From: Candidatus Borrarchaeum weybense
GTDB lineage: Archaea > Asgardarchaeota > Sifarchaeia > Borrarchaeales > Borrarchaeaceae
Length of the DNA: 64,000 nt
Direction: 5' to 3'
Assembly (NCBI GenBank): GCA_019057385.1
Contig: JAHQJS010000006.1
Location: 352,001 to 416,000 of the forward strand
The notes under the pieces are model-generated. The model was not told the origin of the DNA. It saw only the letters and a program-made list of their open reading frames with translations, and searched no databases. The position numbers and the translations under genes are program-made. This document shows positions 49,606-58,392 of this stretch, one piece after another. Position 1 is the stretch's first letter. Every line of letters starts with the position of its first letter.

Positions 49606-51303
49606 TCATTTCCATTCTTCTGCTGACCTGCTAATATAGCGTAATATCAACAAAAGCGTCAAAGAGATACATATCAAAATAATAGATGCGAAAGCTGCTG
49701 CAGGAAGAGCCAAAGATTCCACTAAATCCACAATATACACAGGAACCGTTCTTGATAAACCCATTACTACGATTGTAGCGCCGGTTTCTCCAAGTGATCG
49801 TGTGAATACCATGATTGCACCTGCAAGAATGCCACGTCCTGTCAATCTCAGGGAGACTGTTCGAAATGTCGTCAGATCAGATGCGCCGAGCGTTCTTGCG
49901 ACTTCTTCGTACCCTGGATCGATCCCTTCTATGACTGCTATAACAGGACGGATGAAATACGGATATGTAAAGATTATATGAACCATTAGAATAAGCCAAA
50001 AACCTGGATTAATCATACCTCTCCAAAAGAGGAACGCTGAAAAACCAATTGCAGAAGATGGAACTGCAAGTGGAATGTCAATCATTGCGTCAAGTATACC
50101 ATTAATTTTGCCCCATTTTCTTCGGACTAAAATAAATGCCATGGGTAGCCCAAATCCCAAATTTATTAACGTTGCCAGCGTTGCAACTTGTAAGCTGGTG
50201 ACAAGAGAAATGAACAACCATGCCCATTTCAAATCAGGAGCCAAAAACACTTGATAAAATACGCCTGATTCAAAACGTCCAGTTGCGGGGGAGCCACTCC
50301 ACCATAATGCCACATATTGAAAGGTAAAGAGGCTAGGCAGAAGAATAATGACTAAAAAAATTGCTATTGTCAAAGAGTTTCTAAACCTTCGTTGCCACAT
50401 TCCACTTAAAAACTGTTCAGGGCGTGGCCATACTTTCTCTATTGGAAATCCAACCTTTCGTGCCATGATTCTAACTAAAACTAACATAATAACTGCAATA
50501 GTTACAAGTACCATCGATAGAAACGCGGTTGCTGGAATTAATAATAACTTTCTCCAGGAAACTATGAGTATCGGTGCTGTTTCATATACCCCTGCTACGA
50601 TTAACGTGGCACCTGTTTCACCTAGACTTCTGGTAAATGAAAGAATTGCGCCTGCAATAAGACCTTCTTTCATTAAAGGCATACTTATTGTTCGCCACGT
50701 GGTGAATCCCGAAGCACCCAAGGTTTTTGCTGCATCCTCATAGGTTTTATCGATTCCTAATATAACCGCTTTTAGAGATCTGACGATATATGGGTAGGTA
50801 AAAGCAATATGAGCTAAAATGATCAAAAGTGGGCCACGGGATAAAAGACCCGTTTCTAAGCCTAAAAGCACCGAAATCCCGCTACGGCTACCCCAAAACA
50901 AGAATATGCTAAAGCCAAGTGCTGCAGTTGGAACTGCCATTGGCAGATCCACTAATGTATCCAAGATTTCTTTTCCTTTAAACTTATATCGGGAAATAAG
51001 GATGGCCATTGGCAATCCGATTATTATATTAATAACTGTCGCAATGGACGCAATCTGAAAACTTCTAATTAATGCTGTTCTCATAATCTGCCATCGAATG
51101 TCGCCAGCTATTGGGTCGTTGAAAACTGTTGTGACGACCTCATTCCAACCAAGAAATACTGCTGAAAAAACAAAAATCGTTGGACCTAGGATAATCACAA
51201 AGAAAAAGGCAAGTGTTACTCCCTCGGCGCCTAGGCGACACCATCGGTTCGACAATCGATGTTCCAATGTTCTAATTCTTTCACTGAGCGAAGAGGTCGC
51301 CAT
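49606..51303 (-). CDS. ABC importer permease, two fused ModB/CysT-like domains
   Basis: Duplicated DLPMAVP/DIPLAVP, YEDAAKTLGA/YEEVARTLGA, FTRSLGETGAT. Confidence 0.92.
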   Translation of the reverse strand: MATSSLSERIRTLEHRLSNRWCRLGAEGVTLAFFFVIILGPTIFVFSAVFLGWNEVVTTVFNDPIAGDIRWQIMRTALIRSFQIASIATVINIIIGLPMAILISRYKFKGKEILDTLVDLPMAVPTAALGFSIFLFWGSRSGISVLLGLETGLLSRGPLLIILAHIAFTYPYIVRSLKAVILGIDKTYEDAAKTLGASGFTTWRTISMPLMKEGLIAGAILSFTRSLGETGATLIVAGVYETAPILIVSWRKLLLIPATAFLSMVLVTIAVIMLVLVRIMARKVGFPIEKVWPRPEQFLSGMWQRRFRNSLTIAIFLVIILLPSLFTFQYVALWWSGSPATGRFESGVFYQVFLAPDLKWAWLFISLVTSLQVATLATLINLGFGLPMAFILVRRKWGKINGILDAMIDIPLAVPSSAIGFSAFLFWRGMINPGFWLILMVHIIFTYPYFIRPVIAVIEGIDPGYEEVARTLGASDLTTFRTVSLRLTGRGILAGAIMVFTRSLGETGATIVVMGLSRTVPVYIVDLVESLALPAAAFASIILICISLTLLLILRYISRSAEEWK

Positions 51304-51305
51304 TT

Positions 51306-52442
51306 TTAAGCTCCTTTTGCTTTAGAGACTTCCCATAGATCATTAATGCGAAGAAGCACTTCTCCCTGTGGAGAGGAATGCAAAGGTATAGTCAAGGTAG
51401 ACTCAACTCCATTTTGTGAGTTGAAAACGTCAGATGGCACTTCAGGCGTGCTGAATAATCTAAACCCATGTTCAGGTGCCAATTCCAAAATTTCTTCAGA
51501 TTGTAGAAATCTAAAAAACTCTCCTGCAGCCCATCTTTGCCTATCGCTTACCCACGGGGCGTTTAGAATACAAAAAGGATGATCTGAAAGTAATACTCCT
51601 TCTTCGGGATAAATGGCTTTCAAATTCTGGTTCCAAACGGCTTGCGGATCTCCAGCTAAATTCTTTTCAATAATTAGGTTCTCATAAACGACGAAAACAT
51701 TTAATCCGTTAGGACCTGTTTCAGTAGCTTGGTCAATGAGAAAACCTGTGCTTTCTCCGTAGTAAACAGCTTTTGCTTCAAGTTCTGTCATCCATTGTTT
51801 TACTGAAGCATCTTTTAAGTCGTCTAATGACAATTCCGCTGGATTCTTTGAGGCTGCAACAGCTGCTTCTAGAATGACCGCCATGAAACCTGAATTACTT
51901 AACTGCGGGTTTGTATGCGCAAATAAAAGTTCGCTATCCGGAAGTATCGCTAAGTCGTGAAGGCTTTGGAATCCTGTTATTCCTTGTGTCTTCGCATAAT
52001 TTTCCCAAGTACCAATTATTATCGGAGAATAAATAAACGTCTCCCATTCGGTAACAAGAGTTTCACTTGTACCTCGCTCTTCAGCCCACATTAAATTCGC
52101 TAATGGAATCCATACAGTAGACGCTGGGCTCCAAATAGTAGGTTTTATTCCACCTGTGATCACACTGACCATTGATTCACGGGAGCCAAGTGGTCGAAAG
52201 AAAACATCAATTTGCACCTCAGGGAATTCTTCTTCCCACCATTCTTCAAACAAAGGAGCGACCTCTTCAATCCAACCGCGCTTTTCAGAACCATACACCA
52301 TTTCAAGCCTAATGGTTTCGCCACCGACCTGAGATACCACAAGACCATAGAAATACCCAATGAGGGCACCAATTAGAATTCCTATTAAGAATATGACTAA
52401 TATTAATGTCCACGGTCTTTTTTGTCGTCTGATTGGTCTCAT
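51306..52442 (-). CDS. Membrane-anchored substrate-binding protein
   Basis: N-terminal TM, YGSEK, WSPAS, HTNPQLSNSG, YENL, SDHPF; first gene of ABC operon. Confidence 0.85.
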   Translation of the reverse strand: MRPIRRQKRPWTLILVIFLIGILIGALIGYFYGLVVSQVGGETIRLEMVYGSEKRGWIEEVAPLFEEWWEEEFPEVQIDVFFRPLGSRESMVSVITGGIKPTIWSPASTVWIPLANLMWAEERGTSETLVTEWETFIYSPIIIGTWENYAKTQGITGFQSLHDLAILPDSELLFAHTNPQLSNSGFMAVILEAAVAASKNPAELSLDDLKDASVKQWMTELEAKAVYYGESTGFLIDQATETGPNGLNVFVVYENLIIEKNLAGDPQAVWNQNLKAIYPEEGVLLSDHPFCILNAPWVSDRQRWAAGEFFRFLQSEEILELAPEHGFRLFSTPEVPSDVFNSQNGVESTLTIPLHSSPQGEVLLRINDLWEVSKAKGA

Positions 52443-52642
52443 TTGGTCTTTAATTTCAATGCCCCCAGACCTATAACTCTAAACTATGCGATCAAACATT
52501 CACAACAATGCAATTTAAAATTGTTTCGTAATTGTTTGTTAAAAAGCATTTGCTTAATAAAAAACAGTTTTATAACTTGCAATCTAATAGAGTGCAATTA
52601 GAATTCATCGAATCAAAAATTTTCAGTAAAAGGTGTTTAAGA

Positions 52643-53218
52643 TTGACCACAACATTGGCTATTGTTTGTAATGGTGGTCTTGTTATCGGATCAGAATCTC
52701 AGGCAACAATGGGATTCTTTGTCGCGAGCAATACGGCCACAAAAATCTACAAAATTACTGATTATATTGCTATAACTATTTCAGGTGGTGTAGCTGACGC
52801 CCAGAAGATTGTAGATCAAATTCGTGCGATGGCACAACTATGTATTTTGGATTGGAGAAGACAGCCAACTGTACGTTCAATGGCTAAACTTACATCAAAA
52901 GTATTGGGACAGAACCGAATGTTGCCATATTATGTATCCCTAATAATTGGAGGAGTAGATCAAGAAGGTGCGCATATATTTACTCTTGGAGGGCTTGGTA
53001 GCATTCTTGAGGAGAAGAAATTCGCATCAACAGGATCCGGTTCGCCTATGGCCTATGGAGTATTAGAAAGCGAATATAAGGATAACCTCAGCATCGACGA
53101 AGGCGTAGAATTAATCAAAAGAGCAATTACATCCGCTCGTAAGAGGGATGCTGGATCAGGTGGAGAGTTTCAAATCGTTACGATAACAGCTGATAAAGGC
53201 GTTGAATTTGTAAATTAG
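52643..53218 (+). CDS. psmB: Proteasome beta subunit; TTG 52643 preferred start
   Basis: TTT N-terminus, Glu17, Lys33, SGGVADAQ, STGSGS, RDAGSGG; SD AGGTG 7 nt before TTG. Confidence 0.93.
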   Translation: MTTTLAIVCNGGLVIGSESQATMGFFVASNTATKIYKITDYIAITISGGVADAQKIVDQIRAMAQLCILDWRRQPTVRSMAKLTSKVLGQNRMLPYYVSLIIGGVDQEGAHIFTLGGLGSILEEKKFASTGSGSPMAYGVLESEYKDNLSIDEGVELIKRAITSARKRDAGSGGEFQIVTITADKGVEFVN

Positions 53219-53354
53219 GTTTTTATTGAATGTTATGACTCGGAGAGGAATCTATCTAAAAACTATATTTTTTCTTTGAAGTTGAAAAAAAGAAAGTATG
53301 GTACCCTCCCTAAAGAAGAAATCTTCAGGAGAGACCTGTCTTTTATTTAAGAAG

Positions 53355-53816
53355 TTAATCTCCCGATAAAAGACTTTTCATTATTTTCTCGATTGGATCT
53401 CTTCCGACCGCACCAATAGCTTGCTTCACTGGTGATCCGTTTTTAAAGAATATAAAAGTTGGAATCGCAGAAACTGAGAATTGTCTCGCTATTGCAGGTT
53501 CCTCATCACAATTAAGTTTACCAAAAACAAATTTTCCTGCATAGTCCTTTGCTAGTGCATCGATAATCGGTTCCATAGTTTTGCACGGTGGGCACCAGCT
53601 GGCCCAAAAATCCACTAAAACAGGCATATTTGAATTAATAATCTCATTAAAATTGCCAGAGTCTGCTTTAATTACATCTCCTGTCATTTTCGCATCTACA
53701 CTCCCTTTCGTTTTCATTAGTTCAGCCATTCTCTTTTTACGAAGTTCTTGTAACTCTTCATCGTCTTCCATAGCGTACAGATCCATTATGTTGTCTTTCT
53801 TAAAGTAAACCATCAA
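53355..53816 (-). CDS. trxA: Thioredoxin with N-terminal charged helix (true start probably at MEDDEEL)
   Basis: VDFWASWCPPC, AIPT, FKNG. Confidence 0.93.
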   Translation of the reverse strand: MMVYFKKDNIMDLYAMEDDEELQELRKKRMAELMKTKGSVDAKMTGDVIKADSGNFNEIINSNMPVLVDFWASWCPPCKTMEPIIDALAKDYAGKFVFGKLNCDEEPAIARQFSVSAIPTFIFFKNGSPVKQAIGAVGRDPIEKIMKSLLSGD

Positions 53817-54054
53817 AAACGAATGTAGTAATCAGTTAAATGAGTTAGATGAATGTTTTCACCTGATTTTCATTATAAAGCTTTTGCACATGGCATTGTT
53901 TACTATAAAAAAGATAAGAAATCATGCAATCTGACTAAGTTAAATTGAAAGTACGCGCTTATTTAGAATATTAAAAAATTTAAAGGAAAATGAATTACTG
54001 AGAATTACTAAGGTCTCCTTAGCTTCCCATTACAGCATTATGGTTGTTCTGTGT

Positions 54055-54192
54055 CTATTCAGAAGGTTCCTTTTTGGATTTTTCAGCCAGATGTTTTTCT
54101 AACATATCTTTTACTTCATCTTCAGTCTTTGTTTTGTCCAAGATTTCCTTTTTTAACTCATCAGACATCTTTTTGGGTTCATCATCAGCCAT
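54055..54192 (-). CDS. Small charged hypothetical protein, 45 aa (below ORF-track cutoff)
   Basis: MADDEPKKMSDELKKEILDK...EPSE* with SD GAGGT upstream. Confidence 0.55.
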   Translation of the reverse strand: MADDEPKKMSDELKKEILDKTKTEDEVKDMLEKHLAEKSKKEPSE

Positions 54193-54356
54193 ATTTCAAC
54201 CTCACGAGCATTCTTGAGTAATCCCTCCACTGGGGTCTTATATTTTTTTCGAGAATTTTGTGCGCAGAATTTTATAACGCAAGGTGTGTCAAAATTTAGA
54301 AGCTTTTAATAATGTTTAAGTTCCTCTTCTTGTTGCATCTATGATTTGTTAAGAAT

Positions 54357-55643
54357 TTGTATATGGTGATATTTCTGTCGTACATTGAACGTGTTACCTA
54401 TTGGTACATCAAACGAGCAGTCCTTGGAGGACTCGCAACATTATCAGAGAAGCGATTTGTGTTTTTTCTGTCCGTATCGCTACTGTCTATTTTTGGTTCT
54501 ACGATTTTAACGGTTCTTGATCTTACAACTTTGCCACTGTTTCAATTTATAATCAATATTGAAACTGTAGCAGCAGTAGTTTTTGTTATTGTAGGAGCTG
54601 TCGCTTTTATACTCAAGCGTACGACGATAAGAATAACCTTAGTTATCCTATTACTATCATTGCTTCTTTTAGGGCTTTACATCTTTCAAATTCTTTCAAT
54701 ACCATTTCAAACATTTGCATTTGCATGTTTCTATGGTTGGATTCTGATACTAAATATTTCAACATTTTCGGCTGTTAGAAATTTCATTGCAGGCTGGTCA
54801 GGTCGGATAGTGAGTTTTGGGAAACCAAAAGATGCAATTTTATTTGAATGGCCCATTAAAATTATTGCGATACTAAGTATAGCTGGATTTTTCATTCTTG
54901 GGTTCGGCTTCTTGATAGGCTATGGTTCATCAGATTTCATAAGTGGCATTTCAGGAATAGTCGCTTGGAGCATTTGCGTGGTTATGATCTTTTGGTGGAT
55001 CAAAAAATCTAATAATGACGTATTTGCTTCTATTGTAGGTCTTTTCTTCATTTTTGTGGTGTACCACCTAGCGTTATGTATTTGGAATGGAATTGGTGCT
55101 GGCACGGGATCTCTTGCAGTAGACGCCATCTTCATAGCCGTTGGAACTCTATATGCCGTTCAGGGTCTCTGCAGACGTCTTGCACCAACAAATGAACAAA
55201 AAGTAGGTGAAGAAAAATCAACTTGGGAAGACGGTTCAGTTATTGCGCTCTTAGGCACAGTTTTGGGCTATCATGCCTTTATTGTGAATAATATTACTTC
55301 AGGTCAAAGTACTAGAGTATTAATCTACAGTTTTCATCAATTTTCAATTTTATTCGATGCTATAATTCTTCTTGGATGTGTGATGTTATTTGCTACCTCT
55401 TTAAGATTTAGGAATTACGTTTCAAGGACACCAGGACCAAAAAGTCTCGTTAATGATCTTGTTTCCTTTATCAAGGAGAAAGATCTTAAACACTTCCTTG
55501 ACGACATGTTAAAAAAAGCTAAAAATGATGCAGAAGTAAAAAAAGAAGAATTAGTTGCGGCATTAGATCAACTAAAATCTCGTGCAAAAAAGAAGTTTAA
55601 TTCGTTTCTGAAGAGCGAAGATAAGGAAACCAATGATTCTTAA
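54357..55643 (+). CDS. Polytopic membrane protein of unknown function
   Basis: About ten hydrophobic segments and a charged C-terminal tail. Confidence 0.75.
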   Translation: MYMVIFLSYIERVTYWYIKRAVLGGLATLSEKRFVFFLSVSLLSIFGSTILTVLDLTTLPLFQFIINIETVAAVVFVIVGAVAFILKRTTIRITLVILLLSLLLLGLYIFQILSIPFQTFAFACFYGWILILNISTFSAVRNFIAGWSGRIVSFGKPKDAILFEWPIKIIAILSIAGFFILGFGFLIGYGSSDFISGISGIVAWSICVVMIFWWIKKSNNDVFASIVGLFFIFVVYHLALCIWNGIGAGTGSLAVDAIFIAVGTLYAVQGLCRRLAPTNEQKVGEEKSTWEDGSVIALLGTVLGYHAFIVNNITSGQSTRVLIYSFHQFSILFDAIILLGCVMLFATSLRFRNYVSRTPGPKSLVNDLVSFIKEKDLKHFLDDMLKKAKNDAEVKKEELVAALDQLKSRAKKKFNSFLKSEDKETNDS

Positions 55644-55656
55644 AAAGACAGTACAT

Positions 55657-56589
55657 TCACAATAGTATTGGTCCATTCAGATCAATGTCAGATACTATTA
55701 TTGCTTCTTTGTTTACGTAATTTCCGAGCGCTTTCACTACATCAGTTACAAGATCCGGTTCTACAATTGCATGGAGCGCATCACCGATCATATTTTGTGT
55801 AGCTCCTAGTGCTCCATTTTCTACAGCAACATCTGTCATTTTCTTAATAAGCACTGACATTAAGCCGGAATTGATCGCAAAGTCTTTACATGACTTGAAG
55901 AAATTTTCAATAGTCGGATTTTCTCTAATCAATTTAAGCGAAATTTCTCCATATTCGTTGATTTTTCGTAGTTTTTCATACGATTTAATGACTCCTCGTG
56001 TTTTTATAGGAGAGACTAATGCTGTTACAACTTTCCCAGAAAAATTTGGATCCATAGGTATTCGCTCTATATTGAAAAGTCCCTCAACACCAGGGATCAA
56101 TATTAGAACTATTCCGCCATTCAATATTCCTGAAACACTTCCTAATCCGGTTTGACATTTGACTTCAGCAATATGTGCGATCTTGCCGACTTCATATTTT
56201 GACAATTCTAATTCTAACGCATCATTAAGTGCCATTACAGATGAAAGAGCACCAGCCCCACTAGTTCCGTATCCTGCGCTCATAGGAACTTCGATTTGAT
56301 GCCTTATAATGATATCATACGCCTGCTTTACTTCTTTTAAAACAAGTTCAATAGCAGTTTTTGTCGTATATGCGTTTGGTGTCAGTTTATCGTTTATGAA
56401 GACGTTGATAGTACTGTTTTTTTGTGAAGGAAGTACTTCTAGTTCAGTAATAACTCCCTTCTTAATGACAATTCCGCCGCCGCGCGAACCGATCAAGTTG
56501 GGGTCTTTAAGGAGTTCTCCGTTCAAGTCCCAGAGCTGTGCGCTGAAGAAACTACTGATGCCTGCAGGTGAAAACGCCTTTGCTTTCAT
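55657..56589 (-). CDS. Pantoate kinase (GHMP family)
   Basis: AFSPAGISSFF, GSRGGG, PMSAGYGTSGAGA, AHIAEV..TGLG, QNMIG. Confidence 0.88.
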   Translation of the reverse strand: MKAKAFSPAGISSFFSAQLWDLNGELLKDPNLIGSRGGGIVIKKGVITELEVLPSQKNSTINVFINDKLTPNAYTTKTAIELVLKEVKQAYDIIIRHQIEVPMSAGYGTSGAGALSSVMALNDALELELSKYEVGKIAHIAEVKCQTGLGSVSGILNGGIVLILIPGVEGLFNIERIPMDPNFSGKVVTALVSPIKTRGVIKSYEKLRKINEYGEISLKLIRENPTIENFFKSCKDFAINSGLMSVLIKKMTDVAVENGALGATQNMIGDALHAIVEPDLVTDVVKALGNYVNKEAIIVSDIDLNGPILL

Positions 56590-57197
56590 CAGCCGGCCTC
56601 AATATCGGAATTACCTGATAAAAGTTCAGGAAATGCCTGATGGCACGCTTTTACTACGATTGGAACGACTAAAATTAGGAAGGGTATCTCGCTGACAAAT
56701 GTCCATAATGCAGCACTAAGTCCCAAAACAATTCCCCAGTTTGAGCCCAGGTATGAGATGAAGAATTGTGTGAATGCCCATAGACTAATCCCTATGTAAA
56801 CGCTACCTGCCGCCAAACCAGCGAAAGCGAGGATAAAGTATTTTCTCCATGAAAATTTTCTTTGCGCGTAACCAATTATCCAAAACGCAATAAAATTGGC
56901 GGGAACACCAACAATGATGCTTAGCAGTGCATTACCGTGCCCATATACTACATCGGCAATAAAAATTCCTATTGCCGCCCCTAAACCCCCTACTAGTGGT
57001 CCAAAAAGCACTGCAAAGACAGCTGGAACGATTACTGCTGGCCAGAACCTCACCCCATATACAACTATTCCAAGATTTGTAAATCCACCAAAAACCACGT
57101 ACAAAGCCGCATTAATAGCTGTCATTGAGGTTTTTAATGCACTAAAATAAACATTAGTGGTCATGGTTTCTTTTCTCAAAAATTTATCCCCGTACAA
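56589..57197 (-). CDS. ECF transporter S-component-like membrane protein (start probably MTTNV)
   Basis: AINAALY, VRFWPAV, LFGPLVGGLGAAIG; overlaps pantoate kinase start. Confidence 0.8.
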   Translation of the reverse strand: MYGDKFLRKETMTTNVYFSALKTSMTAINAALYVVFGGFTNLGIVVYGVRFWPAVIVPAVFAVLFGPLVGGLGAAIGIFIADVVYGHGNALLSIIVGVPANFIAFWIIGYAQRKFSWRKYFILAFAGLAAGSVYIGISLWAFTQFFISYLGSNWGIVLGLSAALWTFVSEIPFLILVVPIVVKACHQAFPELLSGNSDIEAG

Positions 57198-57357
57198 TTT
57201 GTGTGAAGAAGTTCGTATAGTAATTGTGGTATAGTACTTTGCAGCTCTTTAAAGATATCGTTATGAATCTATAAAGACCACAAAAAAAATATAGATTTTT
57301 TGAAAATATAAAGACTTTATATTTTTGTTCTCTGCATTCTGCGATACGGAAGTCATT

Positions 57358-58008
57358 TCAAGTTTTAAATCTTCTGATTAGTTGTTAAAGTTTCGCGGCA
57401 AGTTCATCGGTTAGGATATAATCCTTGTACCACCCGTATTTTTCACTATGTGCTTCAATCATGTCGGGAAGTGGGAAATCAAGAAAAACCTCTTTTGAAA
57501 AATTGATAATATCGTCTATAATACCCAAAACTTCATTTACGATACGGTTCCGTGATCCTAATACGGTAATGCGCTTTATTGAATGACTGAGGTCTTATTT
57601 GAGGTCAACAGCGATCATGGTATGTAGTTTGTTCGTAACTGAGGTCAAAAACTCGTCTAATTCTCTCATCGTGAGGTCTTTGTCCACTTGGTAGATTAGC
57701 GAAACGTTTTTGGATGAAGTGTCGTCGCGAGTGAAATCTAAGACGGGCGAGATGTCGTCCACTTCAAGATACTGCATTCTGAGCCTTTTAAGAGCAAATG
57801 GGTGGAAATCAGGGGGGTAGTATTTTAATTCTTCGGGAGGTATGTCGGGATGCCCGTACTCTTCGTGAGAGAGAATAGAGGCGATGCTACCAACGTGATC
57901 GTCTATTTCATCTAATTTTATTCCCGTTTCGATTCGGATCGCGGGCTTTTCGATACGAGGAAGTGGGATTTGATTCAGAATTTTGTTTGAATTTGATTCG
58001 TTTGACAA
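57358..58008 (-). pseudogene. Hypothetical gene with in-frame TAA stops at 57595-57597 and 57385-57387
   Basis: After the 137-aa ORF the same frame continues for 69 protein-like codons (DLSHSIKRITVLG...ELAAKL). Confidence 0.5.
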
Positions 58009-58246
58009 TTTCTCTGCATCTCCTTAGATTTGCCTCAAATATATGTGGGATTAAGAATTGAAAAATCTATTGAGTAAATACTGTTTATTTTAAGTGATGA
58101 TTAATCAATACATGAGGAATCAGAACTTCTAATTTTTAGATGCCTTTTAGTTTCAGTCATTTAACATGCGTATAGAAAATAAATTAGTATTTTCAGTTGG
58201 CATAAATTACATTTATTTTATCGTAATCAATATTGGTGTGCTTATA

Positions 58247-58321
58247 AAATCTAAAAAGGCAGAGGTACATGATAAATAGTGAGAAATCTAAAAAAAGCAG
58301 AAGTACATGATAAATAGTGAG
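58247..58321. repeat. Tandem direct repeat, 2 x 37-38 bp
   Basis: AAATCTAAAAAGGCAGAGGTACATGATAAATAGTGAG followed by a near-identical copy. Confidence 0.9.
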
Positions 58322-58392
58322 AATATCTATATTATGTTATCTATCTTTATGATCATTTACACGTCTAAAAAAAGAAAATTAGGGGTGTTTGA

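Noticed and set aside
53355-53816. Shared N-terminal DxELxxIR helix in thioredoxin and the PDCD5-like protein
   Set aside because: Common feature of archaeal thioredoxins; not evidence of a new system.
58247-58321. CRISPR array
   Set aside because: Only two abutting units with no spacer and no cas genes.
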